Shown here: positions 12,501-25,990 of the stretch, piece after piece
Numbering within the stretch: position 1 is the stretch's first letter
Layout of the letters: each line of letters starts with the position of its first letter
Assembly (NCBI GenBank): GCA_015680685.1
Contig: MNCI01001551.1
Location: 409,486 to 473,485, forward strand
Length of the DNA: 64,000 nt
Reading direction: 5' to 3'
Source: Gnetum montanum
Lineage: Eukaryota; Plantae; Gnetophyta
Notes under the pieces: model-generated
What the model was told of the DNA's origin: nothing
The model's database searches: none
What the model saw: the letters and a program-made list of their open reading frames with translations, nothing else
Program-made: the position numbers and the translations under genes

Positions 12501-15500
12501 GGTAATCTCAGGCAGTTCCACTAGCAACAATCATATTATCCAAGTGGAGCTCCACCGCAACCACATGAATAGTATCAACAATGGCAACAACCATAATCAT
12601 GGGCATTGGCATTACCAAGGCAACAATACCCTTACTAGTAGCTTGATCCATATGGTTACTATGTTAAGAAATCCATGTCTCCACGTGACTCCTCCAGTCA
12701 TGTCTCTAATTTTCAGCCTCACTACCACCCTTTAGATTATTATAAAGCTCATTTTCCACATGAAGAAAGGGATACCACCTCTTACCCTTATCCTCCTCCT
12801 ATCCTTGCACATAATCCCCCTACACCTACACAACTACCACCTACTTCACCTATGCAGGGTGAACTACTAGCTCAACTGTAATAATGCAATGTTGCAAGGG
12901 TTGTTAATCTACAGCCAAATCATCAATCAGAGGGCTTCAATGCTTGATCAAAGAAAAGACCATTTTTTCAACCCCATAGTCCACCTAAGCCCTCTCATAC
13001 ACTTGCGGTTAACAACCCTACTCCTGCCTCTCCCTCCTCTATATCAAATTCCTTTGGGATTCCTTCAAACCAAACTCTGCCTAGGATCTATACTGTAATG
13101 CTCACTCATACCATATTTGATTGGATCTATCCAAGAAACCTTCCTAGGAAATTAGATGATCTTAGAAGTCCTCTAATTTATTTGTAGATTGCTAGGAATA
13201 AACCATGTAAGGCTCTTCTCAATTTGGGTTTTGATATTTATTTAATTTCTCATAAGATGTACACTGCCTGAAACCTACCTCCTCTTAAGAAGAGCAACAT
13301 AAGGTTAGAAATGTCAAACTAGTCCATCACTATTCCATAGGGATTGGTAGAAGACATTGTGACCACTATCTATGGGTAGTCTTATCTTGCTGACTTTTTG
13401 GTAATCAAAGTGGAGAATTGTAAGGGGGACTTTTCAATCATCATGGAAAGGGCATGGCTAAGCACCGTCGATGCATGAATGGGCATTAGAGATTTTTCCT
13501 TAGAGATATCTAAAAGAAATTCATTTAAAAAGATTAAGAAGAAGAGAGTTCCATGCCTCGCATACAGTGATACTAGGTGCAATTGAGTGTAGAAACTCTC
13601 GGCCATAAAACAAGCATCTATCTCTACATGCAAGTAGTGTGCACCAAAAATAGAAATCCAATGGTGTCTATACATAGTAGCCACAAAATAAGAGGGCACC
13701 CAGTGGCTAACTGTTGATTTTGAGAGTAGCATACTTTGCATGGAATTAACTAAGAGCTTGACATGTGCATATGTCATGAGTATGGATGAACTCAAGTAAG
13801 TTCATCACCAGCTCTTTTATGATACGAATGATGATACTCATTGGGGAGAGTTGGAAATTCCTGAAAAGTTTAAATAAAATCCCCTCAAACTAAAAATGCT
13901 ACTAGCTAGAATGGAATATGTGTTTTTGAAAAATGGGAAGCTAGTTATAATCAATGCAAAACTTGTTCTAGAATAGAAAAATATGATGTTGAAGGTAGTT
14001 GAAAGATGGTTAGTAGCATTTTCTTGGTCATATGTTGAACTCACAGGGATTGATCCTAGAATATGCTAGCATCACATCTATATCGACCTAGCCATGAAGC
14101 GAAAATGATGGCCAGAAAGCTGATTGAACCCCAAACTGAAGTAGATCATCAACAAGGAAATTGAGCAACTCCTCAAGGTAAGGTTCATTTATCCAATTAT
14201 AGACAGCAAGTGGGTTAGCCCACTTGTAATTGTTCCAAAGAAAGGTGGCAAGTAGCAAGTTTGCATTGATTTTCTATTGTTGAATATGGCTTCCAAGGGG
14301 TCAAATCAACATCAAAATTTATAAATCTTCATCCTTGGTGCACTGGCGACATTCAAGGATCATTTTCTGTTGTCATTTGTTGATTAGGTTCTTGACATAA
14401 TATTTGGGAATTGCTACTACAACTTTCTAGATGGTTATAGTAGATATAACCAAATTTAGATTGCACCAGAAGACTATGCAAAGACAACATTCACAAGTTC
14501 CTACGGGACTTTTACATATCGCAAGATGCCATTTCGTCTATGCAAAGCTCCTACCACATTGCAATGCCTGGTCTTGAGCATTTTTCAACAACAAATCAGT
14601 AGTGGTCTAGAAGTCTTCATGGATGACTTCTCCACCTATGGAGCTACATTTGAACAAGCCCTAGACCACCTTGAGTAAGTGTTGAAACAATGTGTTGAAA
14701 CTAACTTATGGCTCAATTGGCAGAAAAGTCACCTCATGGTCCAGGAGGTTATTGTACTGGGGCATAGAATATCACAAGTAGGAATTGAGGTGGACCTAGA
14801 GAAAATAAGAGTCATCCAAGGAATAACCCACCAACTAGAAACTGTTAAAGATGTTCAATCATTGCTTGGACATACTAGCTACTACTGGCGATTCATAGAG
14901 AATTTCTCTAAGATTGTAAAATCATTGGTCAAACTAACAAAGAAAGATGCTTCCTTTGTCTAGATTGTAGAATGTAAGAAAGCATTCCAATAACTAAAAG
15001 AGAAGCTTGTAGAAACTCCAATCCTAGAAGCACCTGACTCATCCAAGCTATTTCATATCATGATAGATGCATCAAATTATGCCTTGGGAGTGATGCTAAT
15101 GTAGTTATATGATAAGAAACAACCATACTACATTCATTATGCTAGCCAAAGCATTGTGGGTAAATAACTAAACTACACCACTACAGAAAAAGAATTGATG
15201 GTGGTGGTGTTTTCTTTAGAAAATTTTAGGCATTATGTGCTTGGATACAATGTGTTTGTGCACATTGATCATAGTTTCATCCACTTCCATATGAACAAGT
15301 CAATGGTGAGCCCTCATGTCATACGGTGGTTGGTGATCTTGTAGGAATTCAATCTTATGATGGTACATCAAAAGGACATTGAGAATGTGGTCATTGATCA
15401 CTTGTCTCAGTTCTGATGGGATGACAAAGAGGAAGAAAGCCCACTCTCTGATATGTTTCCTGATGAACTCCTCTTTGTTGGGGCTATAACTATAAGGTGT

Positions 15501-16400
15501 GCATTGATGGCCTAGTTTGTTGGTGTATCCCTAATGCTAATCAATTACATGTTCTCCAAAATGCTCATGAAGGTCCTTGTGGAGGACTTTATGTTAGGAG
15601 ACACACAACCATTAAAATCCTGATGGCCAGGTACTACTAGCCAACACTCTTTAGGGATGCTCACCATTATGTCTGCTATTGTGAATGATGCCAATGAGAT
15701 AGTGGAATGACTACTTGAATGGAGGAACCTCAACAATGGATTCAACAATTAGAACTAGTTGACATTTGGGGCATTAACTTCATGGGTCCCATCACAGCCA
15801 TGTTAAATGAAAAGGCACACATCATAGTTCTTGTTGACTATTGTATGAAATGGGTAGAAGTAGTAGTTTTCATTGACTATACATCCTCTACTGTTGCTGA
15901 GTTTGCACAAAAAAATGTTGTAAATAGGTTTGGTATGCCACGTGCATTAATTTCTAACAATGGAACTCACTTTATAGGTACTACTTTTTGAAAGCTCATG
16001 CAATGCTTGGGGGTTGAACATAAACTCACAACACCTTACCAAATCCAAGCTAATGGTCAAGATGAGGTTACCAATAGGGAAATCACAAGGATACTAACAA
16101 AATCTATTAGCAAGTATAGGAAAGACTAGATTACAAAACTCAATGGTGCCCTTTGGACCTACCACTCAACATGGAAACTTCCTATAGGCTACTCTCCCTA
16201 TGAGCTTGTGTATGGAAAATACCAGCACTTCCAATCCAATCTGAACTTGATACACTTTCAACTACTTATGACCTTGACCTTGACTTGAGTCTACCCCAAA
16301 AAGAATGACTAATGAATCTCAACCTGCTAGATGAAAATTGACTAGTAGCCTTATCATCTATCGAGTTCCACAAGGCCTATAACAAAAATCATCATGAACT
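9564..16400 (+). mobile_element. Athila-like Ty3/gypsy LTR retrotransposon, decayed, 3' LTR not found
   Basis: The 5' LTR is ~9564-10424 (TGATG...CATCA). The PBS TGGTGTTGTTGCTGAGGA at 10426-10443 is a decayed tRNA-Asp PBS (TGGCGCCGTTGCCGGGGA). Domain order is gag-AP-RT-RNaseH-INT. Confidence 0.9.
10620..16330 (+). pseudogene. gag-pol pseudogene of the Athila-like element (many stops and frameshifts)
   Basis: AP-like ALLNLG.DI lies at ~13210. RT motifs FIYPIIDSKWVSPLVIVPKKGG, KDHF and FMDDF lie at ~14180-14630. RNase H motifs IDASNYALG and NYTTTEKEL lie at ~15060-15200. Integrase motifs are WGINFMGP, VDYCMKWVE and RFGMPRALISNNGTHF (ORF 15719-15991) and QANGQ.EVTNREI. Confidence 0.9.
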
Positions 16401-17209
16401 AGAAGATAAGGTTCTCTACTGAAAGGTTTGTGTGAATTACCCTAATGAGAACTCTACATCGTGGGGAGTTCCTATAAGGCCATCCTGTCTCATCAATATC
16501 CACCTTAGGCATATTGCTCAATAGCTATGTTTTTTTTCTCTAAAGTAGCAATAAAAAAAATACTCCCTCTATGCACCAACATGTTAAGAACCTACCCCAA
16601 CATCTACTACATTAGTGTATAAGCAAAATCATCAATCTTGACCACCTTCAAAATAGGTGATACTTGATGATTTACCACATAAAACTGATGGGCATCCTCC
16701 TCATAATAACAAAGATCTCTAATGATGATGAATTTAAGACACCATTCAACAAGCTTATTAAGCATCTCTAGCCAAATAAGCTACATCAAGGACTAGAAGT
16801 TCCTTGGACTCCACAAAAGGGATGATTTGAGTTTCACCTCCCTTCGTTGTTGCTTCTCTTGTGCTAATCTCTCTTATGCACATCAATATTCCTTCCACTC
16901 TTTGGAATTATCTTATGCAATAGCCTAAGAGCCTCCATGATATATTTCCTATGTTTTTCTTCTATCTCATGCCTCCTGCACTCTACTAGATCTCCTTCTA
17001 GTATCTACTTGTCATGCTTATAATGACATTTCTCTCTAAGAATACAAAAATATATTACAGTACAACTATTAACAATTACATCATTGTTGGCCAACCATAA
17101 CTAAAGATAGACATTTAAGAGGTTAAGCATTATAAAAATCACATCTCCTCTTGTTGTTTGATAGTATCATGTTATATTTTCAAGATTAACCATTACTCTA
17201 GTTTATTGC

Positions 17210-20200
17210 TGATGAGTTGTGATTTGCTTGGCTCTAATATCAGATATCCAATATTAAAGCCCTGATATTGGCCCCTAGATGCATTATCAGATATTTGATA
17301 TTGGGGGGTATGGGCCATCCTATAAATATAGCGCTTAGGCACATGATTTGGATAATAGTTTTGCATTATTTTTTCATAGCTTTGTCAATAGAGTAGCTGA
17401 ACTCTTCTAGTTTTATTTCGTAATCTTATAGAATAGTTGGTGAGAGCCCATAGAGTGGATCTAAGTCAATTTTATGGAGTCTTATTTAAGTGGAAATGTA
17501 CCTAAATGTATTCCATCAATGGCAATAAGATCGAGATTAATTCTTATTTAGTTTTGCACTTTGACTTAGATTAGATTTACTTTCCATGCAATTTACTTTT
17601 CATGTACTTAGTTAATATCTACATTTTAATGCATATTAGTTAATTAAGCACATAAATACGATCACTTTGGGCATGCATATGACTCTTGGTAATCCTAGTA
17701 ATGCTTAATGTTTGATAACCTAGCAGCATCATATGTGTTTAGGATGTGCATGGGAAGTGGGATCAGATACTTATGTTAGGGTAGTTAATTCTTAATTAGC
17801 AATCAGATTAGTTGAATTGATTATAAATTAAGTTTCAACCTATTTTTAATCATAGAAAAATTAAATATAAAATGATAAAAATCATATGTCTCACTTTGGA
17901 CTAAACTATGATCAACGCATAGCGATCTAGATGCCACAATTAGTCCAAGTGGGAAGACCACGAACTATGATCAAGGCATAGCGATCTAGACGCCACAATT
18001 AGTCCAAGTGGGAAGATAACGAACTATGATAAAGGCATAGTGATCTAGATGCCACAATTAGTCCCATCCATGGAATTCATTTGGATCATGCATGAACATT
18101 TATGATTTGTATGGTTGGGTGTAGGGGTACCTAGCCACTTATCATTGGCACCATTGCTAGGGATGGTGCTAGTTATCTAGATTAGTTATATTATACATGA
18201 TTATTGTAAAGGTATTAACAATCTATCTCTTAGAAAACATAGTATTTTAAATCACACACATTATCAAACAAAACCATCTCTTCTTCACACAAGACCAATA
18301 AGGTATCATATGATGAGAACACTCATAAGAGAAATGATAGGATATATACTGAGGAAAATTGAAGTGAACAACCTCAAACATGAATTTCCTATGCTCATTT
18401 AGACCCTTAGTACACTCAAAGACTATATTCAACTAGTGTAGACAATCATAGAGGAGATGGAGTAAGTCCTAGATTAGGTAGGGCCTCAAGGCCTAGGACC
18501 TCCTCTAAACCTAGTCAAGATAAATCAAGGGATCATGGGGAGAACTATAGAAGCCATGACAATTCTCTCAGTTCCTCATCTTCCTCTTCCTCTTCAATGT
18601 CTTGTTTTGATGAAGATGAATGTAGGTGTAGAGATAGAGCTCCACTACAAGGTCAAGACAAAGATAGAAATTGAACCCAAGGGAAAAATCAAAGACATCA
18701 CCATAAGCATAGACAAGATTATCACAATCAAATGAATAGAAATAGAAATTTTCATCACAACATGTTTGAAAATTATGAACCCTTGTTGGCCACTAAGAGC
18801 CTGATGTAGATCATGGAGGTAGTTAAGATACCTCATAGGCATCGCAGGGATAGTTGCTTACCTAGGCTTGATATAAAAAATATTCCTAAATTTATGGGAG
18901 GCTACAATTTGGATCCACAACATCATCCATAAGCCTTCCATGATGCTTGTGCCTTGTAGAACATTGAGAGTGGATGGAAAAATTTTAAGCTCTTTCCTAG
19001 GACATTAATCGATAGAGCCAAAGTGTGGTATCGATGGTTAAAACCAAATTAAATTCAATGGTGGTCCACAATGTTGGAACTTTTCAAGAAAAAATACCAA
19101 ACCTATGTGAAGGTGTCCAACTTGATGAGATAAATCCATGAGTGGAAGAAAGAAAATCATGAACCCTTGGATGTGGCCTTGGATAGATACTATTTGCTAC
19201 TACATAGATGTCCTAGCCATGATTTCTCTAAGGAAAGGCAACTTTTCCACATCATCAATGGGCTTTATAATGAAATAAGGGAGACCCTTGGGATGTATGC
19301 CCTAGGTCAATTATATGAGCTACAAATCCATTAGATCCAAGAGCTAATTAAGCATGTGGAAAAAGAGGAAGGAGAGTTATGTAAATGAGAGAATGTAGAG
19401 AAAAACAACTAGGATCCAACTCCTCAAAAGAAAATGTTCCATATCTATGATAAGGAAAAAGAGGCAACTCTCGATGAGATGATTTTACAACTAACCTTGT
19501 CAATATAAATTTTTATTAATGAGCTTCAAGCAAAGCTAGGTGAGATGTTGAAAGGGATGAATGAGAAAGTTAAAACTTGCAGAGGAACCATAGAGGAGAG
19601 AGTGACACAAAACACCTCAAGTGATCACAACAAAATAAGGAAAAGGAACTAAGAAAAAACTAAGAACACTTATTAGCAAACAAGAAAAATGGCTAAAGAA
19701 AGTGAGTCTATAGACTTAACCACAGATGAAGATAATGGATGTGACATTTGCATATATGATCATCCAAAGGGCCATTGCCCAATCTTGTTGCATCTACATC
19801 AAAGTTTGGTAGGGGCATTAAATCCAAAGTTTGTACAAAAGTACATGCCTAAGAGATTTCCTCTTCCACATAGTAATTTTAGATAATCCCAAAACCAACC
19901 ATATTATCTTGGGGGGATTGATTACCAACCTCAACATTGGCATCAACCGTAGTAGCAACAATCATAGTTGTGGGGGAGGCCAACACCAAACCAACTCTAT
20001 CCTTCCTACCAACTGAACCCACATGGATATTATGTTCAACACCTATTTCACCAACTAGTTTCACTTCCTTTACTTCAAATCACTACTATCACTCTCACGA
20101 ATATCATTATCTTGCAACATCTTATATGAGATCACCACCTCACACCTCTCACCTTGCATCATATCCTTAATATTCTCATACTCACCTCCAACAACATAGG

Positions 20201-23200
20201 AAGGTTTAGCATCACAACATCAATGAGATAATTCCACTTATGCTATGAACATACATGTAAATGATAACGTTAGTAGATTTCAACCAAAGTCTCAGAAATG
20301 TCCCTTCTAGAGGAAAGGCCATAAGCCGAAGCAAAACACTCATAGACCTACTACATCACCTAAACTAGCATAAGGCTAATATGATGTAACAAGCTTCATC
20401 ACAAAGATGATGTCTCTTAATCATATGTAAAAGCCAACAACCATCACCACTCCAACATAAGACATAAACAATAAGCCTATCATTGTGAAGAGACAGAAGA
20501 ACCCATGCATCACCAATAATAATAAAGGGTGTAGTTGTGGGCTAGACATTCAAAATATTAACACAACCCCTATACTGGCCCACCATAAAGTTCAGGAGTA
20601 AGTGTGTGAGCAATAGTGAGTCTATGCAGTAGCCACTAAACTAGAAGACACCCAATGGCTAAAAAATTTGAATATAACACTATTTCAAAGATGCATGGAA
20701 GTGACTAATTTGCTTATCGATTCTAGAATTTTCTGATTTTTTATATGTTTTTTATTTCTTAATATTTTTATTTTCTTGATATTTTTCTCTTTTCTTGGGT
20801 CATTCTCTTTATTTTTTATGAATGTATTTTATGTTTTTATTAAAAAAATTACCAATTCATGATGTAGAAGTCAATGCTATGTGTTGGGTTTTTTGTGCTA
20901 TGTTAATAAGATGATTGGATAAGTAATTGTGTAAAGTAGTGAGACCACCTCATCCATCCTTCCAATTCTTTGAATAAAAGGTCTTTTTCATGGAAATAAT
21001 TTGGTTCTTCTTTTATGAAACTAAAATTAATCAATGATCATTGTACCTTGAAGAAATAGGGAATGACCAAGTGTGAATGGCCAAGGATGTGACCTCAAGG
21101 GGACTTGTTGGGTTCCCTTCTTGACTTCCTTCATGTGGTTTGTGACTCCTCGTAGAATGCATCATCACTCCCCTATCAACCAATAAAAAGAAAACTCTAT
21201 CTTCGCATGATGTGATTCCCATCCAAAAAAACACAAAAAAAGAAGGAAAAAAATAAACAATGATGGGAATTCAAAGCACATCCCTTAGACACAATAATGG
21301 GCTATAAGCACTAGTTATGGGGCTAAAAAGACATGTTACCCATGCCTGAAGGCATCCCTCTAAGTAAGGCCCTTCCTTCCTTCTTCTCTTTTTTTTCTCT
21401 TTTTGAAGTGATGATTGTTCTTTGAGGTGGTTGTGGGCTCATGGTGGTTGGTAGGATGGAACACATTAATGTGAGTTCATTGTTCATGGTATGGACCTAG
21501 TCTGAACTTGGACGAATAGGTATGTTGATCATTTTAATCACGCTTGTCACAAGAACCTATTGTGGACATGGTTAAGTACCTTACATCCTGATCTCTACAA
21601 TCCCTTATTGACCTCACTACTACATGCAATTATGAGCCTTTTGGTTTTGTGTAGTATAGTGTAACATCCTAACCATGGTTGTTGTGTGTTGTTTGGAATA
21701 AAATCATGGTATACATTTAACTTCTTGGGTGCCCACGGACATCTATAGAAGTGGTTATGCAAGGGAATTATGGTAGGAGCTTGATTTGGGAAGGACCCAC
21801 TTGCATAAACTTTTGTTAATGATGGCTTTGAACTAGCCATCACATCTTCCAAAATATTAATGACAGTTTCTCTAAATTTATGCATGATTTTGGGACTACT
21901 TCTTATCTGCTTTATTAATTTTTCCTACTTTACTATTTCCATATCCATTAATATTTCATGGCCATCTTTTGAGTTAGACCTTTGGTTTCAATTATTCAAA
22001 AACCTATGTGCTTTTGAAGTTATGCTTATTAGTCATGGAGGCTAGGGATGCCTACCTAAAAATTTTCCAACATCCTATTTTTGAACATCATGGTAACTAA
22101 TAGTAATTGATCAAAATAATATGAATAGCTTGATGATTTTAGTTATGTCATAGCCTTGGGCATAGTATGATGTAATCACCTTGTGCTTAAAAGAAAACTA
22201 AAGGATCCAAAAATGGTTAATTATTAAGGAAAATTTAGCACAACTAATGTTGATCCTTTGGTGATTGTAGGTGATGCTAAAAGAAACACCCAAGGAAGAA
22301 GTCCTTTTGCCAAGCATGAAAACAAAGCTAAGAGAGAGACAATGGAGGATATGACCATGGGCAAATCGTAGCACATACAAGATAGTAGCTCAAAAATCGC
22401 ATGCTTGCTAGATACATGGGGTGATGAGAAGAAATTTTAGTCCACCATTTAAGAATGTTTTGCATAACTAGAAAAGCATCAACATAACAATCAAGGTTAA
22501 AAGTTTGCCACTGCTAGTGAGAACAAGAAGAATCATTTTCAACAAATTTTTAAAGACCTTTGCAAATTTTGTAATCTTCAATGTCTATCTAGTATTTTTG
22601 TCACTCTATCATTTTGTATGCATCCACTTGAATAAATAATGTAGTACTTAGAGTCAGTTAGTAGTTTGCATATCAATCAATAATCCCATACATTCCCAAT
22701 ATTTTGTAAGAAACTTATTCCTCATTTTGTTTAACTCGAGGATGAGTTTTCATTTAGTCGTGGGGGTATGATGAGTCATGATTTGCCTGGCCCTGATATT
22801 CGAGCCCCAATACTGGGCCCCTAGATGCGTTATTGGATATTCGATATTGGGGGGTATGGGTCGGCCTATAAATATAGCACTTGGGCACACGATTTGGATA
22901 ATAGTTTTGCATTAGTTTTTCATAGTTTTGTTAATAGAGTAGCTAAAATCTTGCAGTTTTATTCCGTAATCTTACAGAATAGTCAATGAATGCCCACAAA
23001 GTGGATTTGAGTCAATTTTATGGAGTCCTATTCAAGTGGCAATGTACTTGGACTTATTCCATGAACCGCAATAAGATCGAGATTGATACTTATTCATTGT
23101 AGTACTTTGACTTAGATTAGATTTACTTTTCATGCAATTTAATTTTCATGTACTTAGTTAATATTTACATTTTAATGCATGTTAATTAATTAACCACATA

Positions 23201-23617
23201 AGTACGATCGCTTTGAGCATGCATATGACTCTTGGTAATCCCAATAATGCTTAACGTTTGGTAACCCAGTAGCATTATATATGTTCAGGATGTTCATGGG
23301 AAGTGGGATCAGATACTTATGTTAGGGTAGTTGATTCTTAATTAGCAATTAGATTAGTTGAATTGATTATATATTGAGTTTCAACCTATTGTTAATTGTA
23401 GAAGAACAAAATATAAAATATAAAAATCATATGCCTCACTCTGAACTAAACCATACGTAACAAAGCTACCACTAGTCGAAGTGGGAAGATAGCAAACTAC
23501 GATCAAGGCATAGCGATCTAGATGCCACAACTAGTCCCATCCACAGAATTCAACTAAATTGTGCGCAAACGCTTATGATTCGTATGGTTGGGCATAGGGG
23601 TTCTTGGCTACTCATCA
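17210..23617 (+). mobile_element. Complete-boundary non-autonomous (gag-only) Athila-like LTR element
   Basis: LTRs are 17210-18144 and 22769-23617 (TGATG...[C/T]ATCA). The PBS is TGGCACCATTGCTAGGGA at 18146-18163, and TGGGGGTA precedes the 3' LTR. Flanks are ATTGC/ATCAC. A gag relic is present but no RT or INT motifs were seen. Confidence 0.85.
18500..20200 (+). pseudogene. gag pseudogene with C-x2-C-x3-H-x4-C knuckle-like motif
   Basis: It is homologous to the gag of the 9.6-16.4 kb element (18810-19330 vs 11490-11970). ORF 19689-19886 contains CDICIYDHPKGHC. Confidence 0.75.
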
Positions 23618-24761
23618 ATCACCTATATACTGTGTAATTCAATGGTTTAATCTTAATCCTAACTCTATCCTATTTTTTTGGCTTTTAGATCACTTCCAAA
23701 CCACTATATTATACACATCTATATATACACCATTGCAAAACTACTTACCATAGACATTAAATACTTAGGATAAAAAGTAATTTATAAGTAACTAGCAATA
23801 AACAAATGCATTTGATGTATTTCAAAAGTGAATATTTCACTCCATTAAATCATTTAAAGAAGAGGGCTTGCATTAAAAACACATCACATAAAAGATGACT
23901 ATTAATATGTAACTTCTCTATGAAGACGTGAACTAAAATAATGTCTACAAAATAACAAAGATAAAATGCAAGCCACAAATAGTCTAATGCTTTATTCTTG
24001 TAATCATAAACATGGCTTACAAGACCATGTAGATGCACACATATTATTAATATAAAAATAGGGCAAAACATATAAAAAGAAATGGGATTTCTCTGTCAAG
24101 TAACATCTCCTAATGAGGTATCTTTACTTCAAATTCTTGATAGTCTTTTGAGATTCATTGCTAATAGAAGTGACAAAGTTTTGAATGTGTATCAAATGCT
24201 TCTTTATTTTTTGTTATTATTAGTGCCAATAGTAGGTGGCTATTGTATAAGGGTTAATTTTAAATAATTCAAGATTGAGCACTAGATCATAACATTGGTG
24301 TGTGTATATTTGAGATTATTCATTTCAACTTACACTAGGTCACAACCTTTATGATTCTAAATAATGTTATTTTATGATCTTTGAAGAAATGAAAGTTGTA
24401 TTTTCTTTCCCTATAAAAAGAGATATAATCACCTCTGGTTGTTTTATACATTTCATATAAGAATATTTGAATAGACATACCAAGTTAAATTGTTTTGGTT
24501 CAATCTCAATCTAACTATATATTATTTGTTTAGCTTTTGGATCACTTCATGACATAGATATGTAATGGGTTATTTTCTTCTTTGATGACATAGATATGTA
24601 ATGATTTTTGTGACAACATCATACAATTCTACCTATTTTGACTTAATCTAGATTTCATACCATATAGAATCTTATTTTTTTACTAACCTCATAATGACTA
24701 GAACAAGGCTAGGATAATGATGATGACATGATTTTTGAATTTTAAAAATGGAAGCAATTAG

Positions 24762-25990
24762 TGTTGAAGTCTATGATTAACTTTGATATTCGGCAATTTT
24801 GAAGTGGGTAAAATACCATCTAAGAACAATATACTAGAATACTCTAATTGCTTTACATATGCTACAAAGCTACATTCTATTTTAAGTGTTGATGCCATGT
24901 TCAATTATATGGGGCTTCAAGTAGCACTCGATGACAAATAAATAAATGACAAATGCAATGGCTCATATAAACAAGCTACAAGCAAAGATATTGAAGTTGT
25001 TAGTTGAAATTCAGTAACTATAACAAAAATTAAGTCATTATGAAGAAAGAGGATGAACACATTGAAAATATTAAAAACTTCAAAGGAATGTTTTAATTGA
25101 TATTAAAGAAATTTATCATCCTTGATCAAGCTGATGCATTTGATACTTAGCATCATTGTGCAAGTTGATGCATTCGGTACTTACATCAAGAGATATAAAA
25201 TGAAAATAGTAAAATTATGATAAAATTAAAAGTTGAGAATAGAAACTAACATGAAGAAAGGAGAGGTCTAATAAAAAAAAGGATAAAAAGAAGGAAATCT
25301 AAAGGAATATAGAAGAGAAATATCTATCAAATATCCAAAATCTCCATAAAGACAAGGGGAAAAGTAAGAGAAGACTGTAGGAAATAGAAGCAAAATATAA
25401 GGAATTTTTGGAAAGGTTGTGAATGCTAAATTATAACAAACTACAATAGAACAAAATAAGTTTGATGAGAAAGCTGCTAAAGTTGGAAAATCTATGTTGA
25501 ATCAGAGAAACTAGAAGAGCTATGACTAGGAGGTGCATTAAAGAAGCCATAGCTTATATGATGAGCTATCTCTAATTCCTAAAGACCCTAAAGAAGGAAA
25601 ATATTATAACCCTCCACCTCCACTTCTAATTTTGAATGATTTTTTTGATGACCCCATACATTGAGAATGCCCTTTTCACACCAAATGCGATCATGTTGAT
25701 TAAACTTGATGAATGGTTTTAGTGCCAATTGAGAACACACTAAATCTACCAATAATAAGATAGAACCAAAATTCAAATACTCAAATTCATTTATTCAATA
25801 GTAAAATAGAAAACCATAAAAAGTTAAAGATTTTATGTTAATTGTAAGTTAATTAAAAAAGAAAGAAAACACAGCCATGGCCAAACTAAAGTATAATAAA
25901 TCATTGCATCAAACCCTAGCTTATCAAAAACATTGAAATTTTGGATTGCAGTGTAGTTTAATTCACCCTCCTAGTCATTTCCACTAAAAC
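24762..25990 (+). mobile_element. Possible copia-type LTR remnant
   Basis: It starts with TGTTG and ends in ATTCACCCTCCT..., similar to the LTR end at ~46925. No TSD was confirmed. Confidence 0.3.

Noticed and set aside
9564-23617. Fungal-type RIP as the cause of the C>T/G>A excess
   Set aside because: The gene and TE content are those of a plant, and methylcytosine deamination is a sufficient explanation.
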